NCBI RefSeq assembly: GCF_009914755.1 | Contig: NC_060927.1 | Length of the DNA: 64,000 nucleotides | Strand: one strand, 5' to 3' | Origin: the human T2T-CHM13v2.0 reference genome, Homo sapiens | Shown here: positions 40,888 through 54,914 of the stretch, piece after piece | How the letters are laid out: each line of letters begins with the position of its first letter | Numbering within the stretch: the first letter of the stretch is position 1 | The notes under the pieces: generated by a model | The model's database searches: none | The model's input: only the letters and a program-made list of their open reading frames with translations | Told to the model about the DNA's origin: nothing | Translations under genes and position numbers: made by a program

Positions 40888-41699
40888 CTACTCTTAGTCG
40901 TTTATCAAAGCGAACTAAAAACTTATATTTACACAAAAACCTACCTCTACATGTTAACAGCAGTTTTAGACTTTCATTGCTAAGAATCCAAAGCAATTTT
41001 AATGTCCCTCAACTGAGGAATGGATAAACAGATGAAACAAATTTATCTAATAGAAACTAAACAAAACACACAGCAGATACACATACCAATATGGATGACT
41101 CTGCAACACATTATGTTATGTGAAATAAGGCAGGCCTAAAAGGCTACATATTGGATGATTTTACATACATGTTGTTCTAAAAATAACAAAACTCTAGTAT
41201 CTAAAAATAGCAAATGCATCACAAAATAGAGCTGGTAGTGGGGAGAGGGTTTGACTATAATAGGACAGGGAAATCTTGCCCAGTATTGGAACTATTCTGT
41301 ATCTTGATTGAGGTCTGATTACATGTCTGTATGGATTTATCAAAACTTGTAGATATGTGCAATAAAAAGATTAATATACTGGTATGCATATTATACCTCA
41401 TGAAACAAAATGGAATAAAACCAAATGGTTGAAGTGGCCATTATAGACAAAATAGTTTTTAAAAATAGAGTTTTCTGTTATTTAATAAAATGTATAGCAA
41501 TATGTAGTTAACATTACATGAATAAAGTATACACAAAATTTTATATGGTTTTAAAAAATGAATATTAAGAAGGAATATTTTATTCAAAAGGTTCCAAAAA
41601 AAGATTTAAAATACAGAAGAATCAGTGGTGGGGGCACAGGAAGATCTATAGGGCAAGAGCTTAAGAGTAGATTTTTTTTTCACCAAGAGATGCCTTTTT

Positions 41700-42775
41700 T
41701 TAAAAAACAGGCAAAATATATGAACAGACAACTCACAAAATTGATAAGCAGTCAGCAAATAAGTATATAAGAATTCTCTCATCATATGTCATTAGAGAAT
41801 TGCAAATGGGAACAACAATGAGACACTACAATGCACCATTAAGATGATTAAAATTCAAAATACTAATATCAAATATTGGTAAAGATGTGGAGCAACAGGG
41901 CTCACATTCTTTGTTGATGGAAATGCAAAATGGTACAGCCACTTTGGAAGACAGTTTGGCACTTTCTTACAAAACTAAATATACTCTTATCACATGACTA
42001 CCAGTGGTGCTCCTGGATACTTACCCAAAGAATTAAACCTTATGACTACAAATTAACCTACACAGAAATGTTTACAGCAACTTTATTCATAATTGCCAAC
42101 ACCTGGAAACAACCAAGACGTCCTTCAATATGTGAATGCATAAACAAACTATGGTAAAACCACACAATGGAGTAGAAATGTAAATTAAATACAAAGCCAT
42201 GGAAAAAAACATGAAGGAAACTTACATGCTTATTGCTAAGTGAGAGAATCCAATTGAAATTGTATATACTATATAATTCTAACTATATGACATTCTGGCA
42301 AAGACAAAACTCTAGAGACAGAAAAAAAATTAAATGTTTCCAAGGCTCCCAAGGAAGAGATAAATAGGTGAAACAGGGCAAATTATTAAGGTAGTGAAAC
42401 CATTCTGTATGATATTATAATGGTGGATACATGTAATTATACATTTATCAAAACCCATCAAATGTATTAGGTTGGTGCAGAAGTAATTGCAGTTTTTGCC
42501 ATTACTTTTAACAGCAAAAAATGCAATAACTTTTGCACCAACCTAATACAGCACAAAGGTTAAACCCTAATGTAATCTATTGACTTTAGTTAATAATAAT
42601 ATATCAATATTAGTTCATCAATTATGACAAATGTATCACAACAATGCAGGATGTTAACAAAAGTGGAAACTGAAAGAGGGAATATTAGGGGATTTATGGG
42701 AACTCTTACTCTATAATATCTTTGTAAACAAAAAAATTATTATTTTTGAGCAAAAAAGAAATAAAATTTATTAAG
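41700..42775 (+). mobile_element. L1MC1/L1MC2-like 3' end
   Basis: ORF2 C-terminal [10 protein letters not shown]; 3' UTR GTAGTGAAACCATTCTGTATGATA...AACCCTAATGTAA. Confidence 0.8.
42467..42546. mobile_element. Full-length 80-bp MADE1 MITE (Hsmar1-derived)
   Basis: Palindromic TTAGGTTGGTGCA...TGCACCAACCTAA flanked by TA on both sides (42465-42466 and 42547-42548). Confidence 0.95.
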
Positions 42776-44320
42776 ACTAAACCAAAACAAAAATGTCTGT
42801 GCTGAACACTTACTTGTCTGTGCTGGACACGTAGAGTCACATTCGACTTAGTTACAAACTTGCTTTGTCAATGTAAAAATGAATAATATAAACAATGATA
42901 CAGTTCCAAAAATGCTTAACCTGACGGACAGGAATTTTTAACCATACACAATCAGTGGAGTTGTTTATTTGAGTATGTGGTGATATAAGAATCATTCTTT
43001 GCACATCAGAGCAGGCAGTCAGCAGTAATATGCTTGAATGACTAGGACTTGGAGGTACATAGAGCAGGATTAATATTGCTTCTAATTTACAGAGAGTTAA
43101 TTGTCCAGAAAACGTAGTAAACATAGAAAAGACACAATCACTTCACAAGTGAGTTACACTTCTCACGGAAATATAATAAAATAAAATAATACATAAAAAA
43201 TTAAAAATCAGGCACGCTGCCTTTTGGACATATGAGTTATGTAGATGGTATACTAATGACAGCAACAGTAACGGCCAAGTAATATATATAAAATATGACT
43301 CAGGAGTACACTGATAACAAATCACAAAGAAGGAAAAGTTGAAGATGCTTGCAGCTGTAATGCCTTTCATTAGAAACACAGGAGAAGGAAGTTCAAAATT
43401 AAAGCTTTTCACAATGGGTAAAAATGGAAAGGCTCAAAGTGATAAGTAAAAATTCCTTTTGGAGGGAGCTCCCTTTTTACCACATGTGCTCATCTATATT
43501 GGAGACATTGAGCTAGAGTAACTTTCAGGATAGATACATGTTGGTTTTGTCAAGGAGGGAGGAAAGATTGGGAGAAAGCATTATTAGAGCATTGAATGAT
43601 ATATGTACAGTTGGATTTAATTAGGGCAAAGTGATAAGTGATGGTTTTAGCACAAGAATTAACACAGATGGTAAAAAAAAGACAAATTTAGTATCTTCAA
43701 TCTGGAAAATGTCGGGCTTAGCATAGATAATGAAGTCCTAGAAAATACAGATGAAATAAAGGCTCTACTTGAAATGGTAAATGATTCTAGGAAGGAAAGC
43801 ATGCATACACTATCCTTGGAATTTCTAAATAGATAATGACTATATTAGCTTAGGTCAGGTTCTCTGCTATAACAACTTAATGAGTCCAAAAATTGAAAAC
43901 TTCTGGCAAGATAATAAATATTAAGCTGAAAAGGTTAGACTGTTATTTTAGAATGAAAATCATAAAGTATAATGGCAACAATTCAAATTTTAAATTACTT
44001 GTTATTAAACGCCTTGCCACAAAATATATAACCTAGTCCATTTTAAATTTAGTTAAATCTATAGATAATATTTAGAAAATATGAGCTTCATTTATTATTT
44101 ATTTCTTGGATTGTGTATTTTCCAAATTATTGCTGGAAAAAATTGGTTATCTGTATTTTTATACAATATCAATTCTATGTCAAATCCTATCATAAACATA
44201 ATTGATATACTACTATTTAATGCTGAGGTATCTGAAAGGTGTTATCAATGGAAAAAACTTGTAGTTTTAAACTAAAGGAGAAATTGATACTAGCTTTTTA
44301 ATGGAAGAACGAAAGTAATT

Positions 44321-44438
44321 TTTTTTTTTTTAAACGCAGCTTCACTCTTTTTTCCCAGGCTGGAGTGCAATGGCGCGTAATCTCACCATAACCTCCGCCT
44401 CCTGGGTTCAAGCGATTCTCCTGCCTCAGCCTCCCAAG
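44321..44438 (-). mobile_element. 5'-truncated Alu, right arm only (AluSp/Sq-like)
   Basis: GGCTGGAGTGCAATGGCGCG...CCTCAGCCTCCCAAG; 15-bp TSD AGAACGAAAGTAATT / AGAACAACAGTAATT. Confidence 0.88.
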
Positions 44439-44458
44439 AGAACAACAGTAATTTATAC

Positions 44459-44518
44459 AGAGAGAGAGAGAGAGAGGGGGGGGGGGGGGGGAGAGAGAGA
44501 GAGAGAGAGAGAGGGAGG

Positions 44519-44556
<38 letters not shown>
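44459..44556. repeat. (GA)n polypurine tract with an internal G16 run
   Basis: Direct reading; G run at 44476-44491. Confidence 0.95.
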
Positions 44557-44560
<4 letters not shown>

Positions 44561-45229
44561 GATGCCAAAAAAATAAGCTAAATATCATTATAGCCATGAT
44601 ACAGAAGAAAAAATGTAAGCAGCAATGAAGACTGCAGTCTTAGGACTACCAGGGTTTAGTCCATGCACAAGCAATTAGAGTTGTATTCATTTTAGAATAA
44701 AGCTGCCTCTAGTTATTCAGAATGTTGGAACCAGGCAACATTTAAAGCAGAGGCTGCTGTTTATCTCCTCTGCTCAGAAAGGAGGTCGAAACAATCTGTA
44801 ATCAACTTTTCCCTGAAATGTTCGTCTATATGAGCAGGAGAAAGGCAAGTCCAGCTGACTCTATTTCATTAACCCCATCCTACCATTGTGGGCAGACAAC
44901 GTCAAACCACCTGTAAATGAGCTGGTTCTTTAGAGGAAAATCAGAGTCTAGGGGGAGGCTACAGAGATGAAAAAAAAAAAAAAAAGGTAAGACAAAAAGT
45001 AAAGAAAACAAACAAAACAATAGGTTAGCTGATGCGATGAAGAGAGAAACAAATTAATGCTTGCTAAATATGAAAACAAAAATCCAAAAAATGAATAAAA
45101 TAAACACTAATAAAGTTTTAAACATAAAAACAATTAAAATATATCATTAAATATATCATTAAATGTTATATCAATGTGAAAATCATTTAAAAATAAGTAG
45201 ATACACCATGTACATGGATGATGTACAAT

Positions 45230-45800
45230 TCACCTGAAATTATATTTTTCTGAACAGTGTGAGCTAGAGGTAGTTTCATTTTTTTCTGAATAATCAGTTG
45301 TCAAAGAATGAGTTATTGAAATATTCTTCCTTTTCCCATTTCTATGTAGAGCTAAACTGATCACAAATCAAGCAACAACGTGTTTGAATTTGTTTATGAG
45401 CTCTCTGTTCTGTTAGTTTGGTTTATTCACTTATTTTCATACACTGTATTTTAACTGTTATAATTTTATTACAAATTTGTATATTTCATTATTATTTCTT
45501 TCTTTAAAAAGGCCTTAACTATTTATGGTTATTGTACCTCCTGTGAATGTAGCAATTAGCTTGGAAAATTTTAATTGTTTTTTGAAATTCTGATTGACAT
45601 TGCATTGTATCCTAAAGTAATATGGAATAAATTTACATGTTCAAAATAATAAATTTCCAATTCGTGAGCAAGATCTATCTCCCCACTTAATTAGGTATTT
45701 TTTTCAATAGCGTTGTATAATTTTAGGTTATTCTAAGTTATTTAATATTTCTGGTGATATTGAAAATAGTGTCTTCCTGAAAACATTTGCTTTTCCAAAT
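45230..45800 (-). mobile_element. Highly diverged L1M ORF2 fragment
   Basis: Antisense ORF2-like words (CTCTCTGTTCTGTT; TGATTGACATTGCATTG). Confidence 0.55.
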
Positions 45801-45854
45801 TAATTGAAGAAACAATTACTTTCATTTAATAGTACATATAGCCATCATTATGTT

Positions 45855-46032
45855 ATGTATTTCTTTACTTATTTACTACTTTTTAATTTTCAGATGCTCT
45901 CACTAAAATATTAGTTTCCTGAGGCACTATGGCTTTATCATTCTGTTTCCAGTATCTTAAAAAGTCTGACATACAACTGATCTAAATAAAGATTAAGTGA
46001 ACAAATAATTTGTTGAATTAATTAATGAATGT
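45855..46032 (+). mobile_element. L2 3' end
   Basis: Ends ...AATAATTTGTTGAATTAATTAATGAATG, resembling the L2 (TGAA)n tail. Confidence 0.55.
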
Positions 46033-46427
46033 ATAAACATTTAGAAACCATCCTTTTTAAAAATCCAATTAGTAAGGTCTCATGAAAAATGGTATTCAAT
46101 TCTCATGGTCGCTTAATAGATTTGAATTTATTGATTTTTAACAACCTTAGTTCAGGGCATCCTCCATCCCACTACGACTTTAAACATGTACTTTGTCCCA
46201 CCTTTATGTTTAGTGAAATATCACTTCCTTTCCTTTCATTATTCCCTTTTCCAATCTCCCTCAATCATGGCTAGTTCTGTGTAAAGAATATAATAGTAAC
46301 AATAGAAGAAGTGAGAAACAGTCAAGGGAAAATGATCAGGATTTACAAATAGACAATCATTTCAATTCTTTCTTTCATTATCTGTTCCCAAAAACTCTTC
46401 AATAACGAGTTTAAAGGTCCAGTAATG

Positions 46428-46815
<388 letters not shown>

Positions 46816-49679
46816 TCAGAAGCAAAATAGATATAAACAAAACAAAAGCATTATCCTTTTTAATTCATGCGACAACATGCTGCTTTCTGTGACGATCATT
46901 GCAGGATATCTCTTTGAGTTAATTTTGATCCAGTGTTCTTTGAGTTCATTTTGACTTTTTTTTTTTTCTAATTGAAATTGGTGCCTGATAACTAAGAACA
47001 AGTGAGAGCTAAAGTCCTTTATAACATTTATAGGATTTTACTCTCTCATTGGCGTGCTTCATCTACGGTAAATATTTTGGCTGAGTATAACTCTCTACCA
47101 AAGAAGTAGCAGCCAGTTCCCAATTCCTATCCTAGACCTGCAGAGAACAATTATAAAATATTGCTACTCATATCATATTTTGTAACTCTTCTACATAGAA
47201 AAAGCAAAATCTCTTGAAGTCATGGAGCTCTCCAAGTTGTTTCTGGACACATATCAACTGTTCTTTCAAATATGCCTGATATTAATTTTTTCTATTAAAT
47301 AAAGGAAACAACTACACCAGCAGGACAAAAAACTATTTTGCAGTTCTTGCTGTGAAGGAAAGAATGGCAGTTTATATATCTGGCAAATGATAGGCCTCTC
47401 TACTGAGACTTCCAACAAAGGTGTTAAATGCATCTCAAAAGACTTGATACTATTCAATTCTTACGGTTGGCCTCCTATTTCATCTTTGAAAATATACTAC
47501 ATAATATAAAAATAATGGAAAATAAAGAGAGTTATTGGGAAGTTAGGCTTTTCACATGATTAAAGAGCTCACCATCTTTAAAAAGGAGAGTAAAAGTTAA
47601 GACTAAAAAATACAGAAACTGGAATATAAATCCAGTATTGAAAATGTAAATTAGAGTTACACATAGGAAGCGAAAATGAGAAAGCATGATTCTTCAGTTT
47701 ATCAAAGTGGATAATGATTGGTGACTATTTCAGGATACCAATAAAGGAAAATGCCCAGTCATAAAATCTCAAACAGGATTAACTATATATACATTACTTT
47801 AAGAAAGCACCATAAACACATAGAAATCTGAACTGCAGGATTTGTTTTGTCTCTCTGTTATAAATAACTTTTAATGTTATACTATTAACCTCAGATGACA
47901 CCAGGTTAGAAAAATATACAAATAACTAAATATTCCCAGTGGTTTTTATGAATACAAAGAGCAATAAGAAGCTTTGATTTTACTTCTACTACAATCTTTT
48001 TCATTCATATACTATTCATTCAGCCAAAATGGATTTGGAAACTATAATGAGTATGCAATTTACGATATTCTTCCCACATACAGAAAAATACAGAAATTGT
48101 CTCCATTTTTTGAGATCTTTACATTTTATTTAGGATGATAAAAGATATGGATTTGAAAAATTAGGAAAATATTTAAACACTAACAAATGAATGAAAATTA
48201 TATGAGTAAGAATTTAAAACATTATGTTCCAAATTTTTCACATAGCACTCACAAAAATGATGATGTTTATGGCAGGCTAAGGTAGGGTTCCAGAATGGAA
48301 CTTGTAGCTGGGTCAATTCAGGACCACACTAGTTTCCATCTGGATGCTAAAGGGAGTAATTGCTCAGCACAGCTGCAATTCCTTTACGGTACACCCGTCT
48401 GTACTGCCCAAGTCACATCAGCTGTCATGTTTTGACTTAAGTAGTACCCAAAAGGGGGACTGATAGAAAATATCATCTTGCATTTGTTGACTACTGAATC
48501 TTATTTTCAATACACATGAATTCATAGATGAACATTCTCGATTAAGATGATAATGGAAGAATGCATGGTGAGAAGATGTGGAGGAAGAAAGAATTGCATT
48601 TAAAGAAAATAGACAACTTAGGTTAGGCCATAAATGAGGCTATGAAGATGCTTATAAAGAATGTGGTGAGGAAATCTGTAATTTCAGTAGAAGCCACAAT
48701 TCAATATGATGAACTAAGATTTTATGTGATCCCCAAAAACAAGTTGAAGAGAATTCATTTAGAATATTTGAGAATTATCTGACAGTTTTGGGAGACAGTT
48801 TTTGATTTGAAGTTGTTGCCAAAGATATTGTGTATTGCTGAAATCTATAAATTTGCCTGCAAGCTGGCTAAAACTTATGAGCAATTCTGCATTTAGTACA
48901 TTATTAAATAATCTAAACTCCTGTCTTCTTATAGGCAGAGCCTTGAGCCAAATTTGCATGACTACAACAGCAGCCATTTTGAATACAGTTTTGTTTGTAG
49001 CTCATTTTCTCTAAAGCATCATCACAAATATCAACTAAACTTAAATGCTACTTTACTTTTGTAAAATTAAATGTTATCAAATTTGAAAAACATAAAGGAT
49101 AATTCCAGATAAACTTTATATACTTGAAAAAAATCATTAGTTGGATGTCTCAGGAATGCGTGTCTCATCAATTAATAAGAACATGTTCTGGATTTGGCCC
49201 ATTGTCTTTGGGATCTTTAACATATTCTCATATATGCAAGAACAGGCACATACACGATTGAATTATAGTAGTGAAAGTATTCCTTGGAATACCTTAATCC
49301 ACTTTAGAAGACCAAGCACATGGTTAGAAGAAGGCTTCTATATTAATGCTCCACCTTCACTCTGCTTCTTCTTCAAGTTAGCCATTAAATCTTGAACATT
49401 TTGTGTGAACTTTTGGTAAATGTTCACAAATTATTTTGATTTCTTTTGAATAGCTTCATATATCTTTTGAGAAGAACTGGGAATTTGTTAAAATTTCTTA
49501 CTTAAGTGAATTGGGATATTAATATGATAAGGCAGTTTTAGAACTCATTACTGGAATTAATGATACAATATTAAGTTATTATGAATTGCTATAAAAGCTA
49601 AACATACATGTAAAAATTAATATATTTATTTCCTTAAAAAAGAATATATGTGAAGAGCCTTAGAGAAGCAGTGAGTCAA

Positions 49680-49982
49680 GGTTGGGCATGGGGGCTTGCC
49701 CAGAACTTTGGGAGGCCGAGGGGGGAGGATTGCTTGAGCCCAGGAGTTTGAGAACAGCCTGGGCAACATAATGAGACCCCATTTCTACAAAAAAAAAATA
49801 AACTAACAACAACAACAAATAACATTAGCTCGATATGGACTTCCCTAGTCCCAGCTACTAGGGAAGCTGAGGTGAAAGGATGGCTTGCGCCTGGGAAGTC
49901 AAGACTGCAGTGAGCCATGACCACGCTGCTGCACTCCAGCCTGGGTGACAGCAAAATCCTCTCTCTCCAAAAATGAAAAAAA
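49680..49982 (+). mobile_element. AluJ
   Basis: GGAGGATTGCTTGAGCCCAGGAGTTTGAG and CTGGGCAACATA are J diagnostics; degenerate copy. Confidence 0.9.
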
Positions 49983-52633
49983 GTGACAGAGACAGAGAGA
50001 GAAAGGGAGAGAGAGAATATCAGTGATTCAAATTCTGAAAAGTAAAGGGTTTAAAAATTTGCTTAATTATATGAACATATAAGTAATAAAAAACATAAGA
50101 TCCTCTGTGGAAAAACTAATTAAACCTTATTTTGGATTTTCTCATTACCATCATTGACAAGTGTGTTTCATACACAGGAACAGGTTTTAATCAACTTTCT
50201 ATGTTGCATAAAATCTATTACGGTAAACATTTTAATGCACAATAGAATTTTATTTTGGTTATTCATTCAGTGTATGACCTCATACACTTAAAATTCTTGA
50301 AATGTCTAACCTTTAAAAGTGTCCATGTCTGGCATGCAGATTATGTGTGCCCTTATTTTTTAATTCTGTTGCTGACTTTATATTAACAACAAAAATATGT
50401 TCTCTCATGTAAGCTGCATTTAAGTTCGAGTTTTGAACCAGAGCATGGATAAGTACTGGATTTCTTTTTTCCAATTAACCTATATCAAGAGATCTGGTCA
50501 CAAGCTTCGATACCTAAATAAGCTTTGTGAATGTAATAGGATAAGATAATATGACAGCAGCATACTAATATAGTTTATTTTGTTAGAAACCAATTGGGGT
50601 GATTTGTATGTCAAAGCAGCTGGGCAAAGCAGTTCAATGTTAAAGTACTAATAGGGTGGGAGGCAGGGCCATCATGTCCTGTGTTCCTTTATAGAACGAA
50701 TCATTGTTCCACATTGAATCTTTGCAATGCAGTGTAAAGGATGCTGACACAATCAATAATTCCCTCTTGGAAAAAAAATGTTCAAAGATTCTATGTGAAT
50801 AACATTATCCTATTTTCTCAAAAGCCCTTTCCTGCATCAAGTAATATGGCTTCAGACAAGGATTCCAACTGAGATGTGGCATAAAAAAGATTACAAGGAT
50901 TCAGTAGATCAGCAGGAAGCACAAAAAGAAGGCATCCTTTCTTGCAACTAGCTTGATTAAACCTAATGATCTAAGATGAAATTAAGATAGCTAACTTATT
51001 ACCAGTATCCCCCCTGAGAGTTTGCTTTTCTGTTTGTCCAAATTGAATAAATAAATACCTGTTACATATTCCAAGAAGGTTCTGTTTTCAAATATTTTAT
51101 AGAAATCAGAGTCTTTATTCTTGATTGTTCTGTAAAGCATCCATCATGAAAACAGGAATGATTACCTCTTACGCTTTTGGTGGAAAGTCCCTGTGACTCT
51201 GTTGTCAATCCTCCATGCCTCATAAAACTTAAGGAAGTGAAACTTTTATTTATCATCTTCTTTAAAATGACTAACAAATAAAAATACTTGGTTAATATGG
51301 TAATTTTTTTGTTTATTCAATAAAAAATTCTCTCGTCAATATTAAATAAATATTAAGCAAATTTTATTTTATCTGATTATTTAACATCAAATTATTCCCA
51401 CATGTATTGATCCTTGATTAGTTTGTAAAGAAATAAGTGGCTATGGACAAATAGGAAATCCAATTTCTTTCTTAGGTAACAATTGCATATTAAAGTTTTC
51501 CATGTATAGTCATACTATATATTCCTTATAATTTCAGATTTAATGGCGTTGCTCTCCTCCTTTATATTTTATGGTATATTTGAAAAGAAATTGGACACAG
51601 TTAACAGCAGTTGATTTGGAGCCAAAAGATTTTGGCAGCATCTACAAACGTACTGATAACCCCATTAACTGAACCATTGCTTTTCATCATTATGAAGACA
51701 TTACCATGAAAGTCCAGCCAACACTTGAAATAGGATATGAGCCATAGTGTCTAGGATAATAAGAAGACTAAATTCTCATCACTGGAAGTGACCCAATTAT
51801 ATTTCACTATAAATAACATCTTTTAGAGCAACACCTGGTAGCAATATAGATATTATACAGACATTTTTCAAGATAGTCTTTTTCATTATTTCAAAAGGAT
51901 TCATTTCTCCCACATGGTTGTCAGACCAAATGGTGCTTAGTTGATATCTAATGCAAGTTGGAAATACATTGAATTTGCACAACTGGATACTATAATGCTA
52001 AAATGAGTTGAACTATCTTAGCTTAATATACATGGACTAGCAAACATGGAGGCTTATTCTAGGCTGTCCCATCATCAAACTTACATACCTACCTCTCCTA
52101 CTAATGATCATATCTCTATACCATTTTGGAATTATAGTCATAGGCTCTGTAGCATGAATAGATTTCCATATAGTCAATTTCTAATTGTACATAGTTGACT
52201 TCCTTTAAAACTATAGATTCATTATTTGAATTAAATATAACACCCAACGATAATGCTGGCCAGGGTTCCTAAAAGATTTCAAATTTCATATAATTCTAGC
52301 ATTTGTGAATGATTCCTAAGTTATCTTATTGCAGCCAAGAATGCCTAATATAGTATTATTTTTAGAAAAACGGTCACTGATACCTGTTCATGTTCTTTCA
52401 AATCATGTCTAGCATATAATATACACACAAACTGCTAATGGTGTTTATATATTCCAAGTGCTCATGTAATATTTGAAAAATACAATTAAGTCTACAAAAC
52501 TGAGCAAATATAATTATGGAATAGATATACGTGTATAGGCAGCTATTATAAAATCGAAATTTAAATGACAGTAAGACTTATTGCCAAGTAGGTATATTTG
52601 AGTTTTTGACATTAGCTATTCTCAAATATAATC

Positions 52634-52634
<1 letters not shown>

Positions 52635-52678
<44 letters not shown>
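52635..52678. repeat. (TG)22 microsatellite
   Basis: Direct reading of the sequence. Confidence 0.95.
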
Positions 52679-52682
<4 letters not shown>

Positions 52683-53208
52683 AATATGTTCTTTGCTCTC
52701 TTTTTGTCTTCAGGCCTCCACTTTATGGAGCTTAATGTAAATATGTTTATATCAATAAACTAAATCTATATACTTAGCTGTTTTAGCCCAATTTACATTT
52801 TGAGCCTTAGCTGTATTTATAAATTAAAATAATTTGAATTTGTCAAAGGTTTTTGTGATATTAATTTTGATAAGGCAAAGACATTTGAGGGGGAGGGCAG
52901 AGAACGTTCCAACATCATGGAACAGTTTGAAATCAGAAACAAAATAAATCATTCATTTGATAATTTAATCAATATAAATTAGTTTGCCCAAACCTTATTT
53001 TCATCTAACAATACAAAATAATAAAGATAACAGAGTAGATATCATTCCGCCTTGAAGCTCACAGAGGTAGAAGAGCCCACAACCCTCACAGGAACTTTTA
53101 CGCATCTCTCATCTGAACCAGCCTACAAACATTGCTTTATGACCCAGAATAAAATGGCTCTGCAGAAAACCCGCTTTCCTCCACAGATACTGTTTTTCAT
53201 GAATGTAA

Positions 53209-53247
<39 letters not shown>

Positions 53248-53967
53248 ATTTTATAAGAAAGATAAAACCTTCTGCATTAGGTAGTTTTATAGATTGTTCC
53301 AGCAAGAAACAGATATATTTCTGGATATAGGGATGAAATACCCAAAATATGTTGTGTTTTGAGGAAGTAAGCTGGTTGTTAAAAAATTTGATATAGAAGT
53401 CTTGATTTTAAATAAATATTACCTTTAACTATTAAGTAAAGTTTTAGATTTTCTTTAAAGGCAATTAGAAATGACTGGATATTAAATATTTCCTATAAAT
53501 TCAACCAATAAAAAACTACGTAGTTACATTTATTTTTTGTAACTAACAAACACTACAATCAGTTTATACATCAAGGAATTCAAAACATGCAACAATGCCT
53601 CCGAAACCAAACAGGAACATGAAAACGTCACAGGTTTCTATAACTTTATATTACTATTAAAATATGTATTTTGACAGCCATTTGCTTTTAGACTTACAAC
53701 ATTATAACGTTAGTGTTGAAAAACATAACTATTATTATATTTCTAATCTATCACATATTCTTTTCTAAAATTAGAAGTAATATGATTATATATAAAAAAA
53801 TTCAGATAAGATTGCAATTTTCTTATTTTTTTCAGTTCCTCTTAGAAAAATAGAAATACATCCTTATTTCTACCCCACAGTAATAACAATTGAAAACTTA
53901 AAAAGAATTTTGCAATAATATCTGAGAATATTCCCAGGGGTGGCTGAATTCATGCAACATCAAAAAT

Positions 53968-53988
53968 AGCAGCAGCAGCAGCAGCAGC
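53968..53988. repeat. (AGC)7 trinucleotide repeat
   Basis: Direct reading of the sequence. Confidence 0.9.
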
Positions 53989-54371
53989 AAAAAAAAGAAC
54001 TAACTTATGCTTTCATCAGATACCTGATAAGGTTTGACTGTGTCCCCACCAAAATCTCATCTTGAATTGTAGTTCACATAATACACACATTTGGTTAGAG
54101 GGACCCGGTGGGAGGTAATTGAATCATGGGGGCTGTTTCCCCCATGCTATTGTCATGATAGTGAGTAAGTTCTCATGAGATTTCATGGTTTTATAAGGGG
54201 CTTCCAGCTTCACTCACTCTCATTCTTCTCCTTCCTGCTGCCTTATGAAGAAGGATGTATTTGCTTCCCCTTCCATCATGATTATAAGTTTCCTGAGGCC
54301 TCCCCAGCCCTATGGAACTATGAGTCAATTAAACTGCTTTCCTTTATAATTTACCCAGTCTCAGACAGTTC

Positions 54372-54914
54372 TTTTTTTTTATTTATTATTATACTTTAAG
54401 TTTTAGGGTACATGTGCACAATGTGTAGGTTAGTTACATATGTATACATGTGACATGCTGGTGCACTGCACCCACTAACTCGTCATCTAGCATTAGGTAT
54501 GTCTCCCAATGCTATCCCTCCCCCCTCCACCCACCCCACAACAGTCCCCAGAGTGTGATGTTCCCCTTCCTGTGTCCATGTGTTCTCATTGTTCAATTCC
54601 CACCTATGAGTGAGAATATGCGGTGTTTGGTTTTTTGTTCTTGCGATAGTTTACTGAGAATGATGATTTCCAATTTCATCCATGTCCCTACAAAGGACAT
54701 GAACTCATCATTTTTTATGGCTGCATAGTATTCCATGGTGTATATGTGCCACATTTTCTTAATCCAGTCTATCATTGTTGGACATTTGGGCTGGTTCCAA
54801 ATCTTTGCTATTGTGAATAATGCCGCAACAAACATACATGTGCATGTGTCTTTATAGCAGCATGATTTATAGTCCTTTGGGTATATACCCAGTAATGGGA
54901 TGACTGGGTCAAAT
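54372..54914 (-). mobile_element. 5'-truncated L1PA2-like LINE-1 inserted in the THE1 5' LTR
   Basis: CCCACTAACTCGTCATCTAGCATTAGG has GAG rather than the L1HS-Ta ACA; ORF2p C-terminus KQKTKHRIFSLIGGN-type (QEQKTKHRIFSLIGGN*). Confidence 0.92.

Larger units (their letters stand above)
29290..41420 (+). mobile_element. Ancient L1ME/L1MD-like host element in pieces (29290-30327, 37245-37422, 38452-39044, 40250-40474, 40888-41420)
   Basis: Sense 5'/ORF1-like, ORF2 and 3' UTR fragments lie in the correct order between younger insertions. Joining them into one element is inference. Confidence 0.55.

Noticed and set aside
44980-44995. Splice-donor-like AAG|GTAAGA, and a minus-strand CAA|GTAAGT near 42810
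   Set aside because: No supportable acceptor or coding exon; such motifs are expected by chance in 64 kb.
53968-53988. (CAG)n as a polyglutamine or expansion locus
   Set aside because: Only 7 units and not within a supported ORF.
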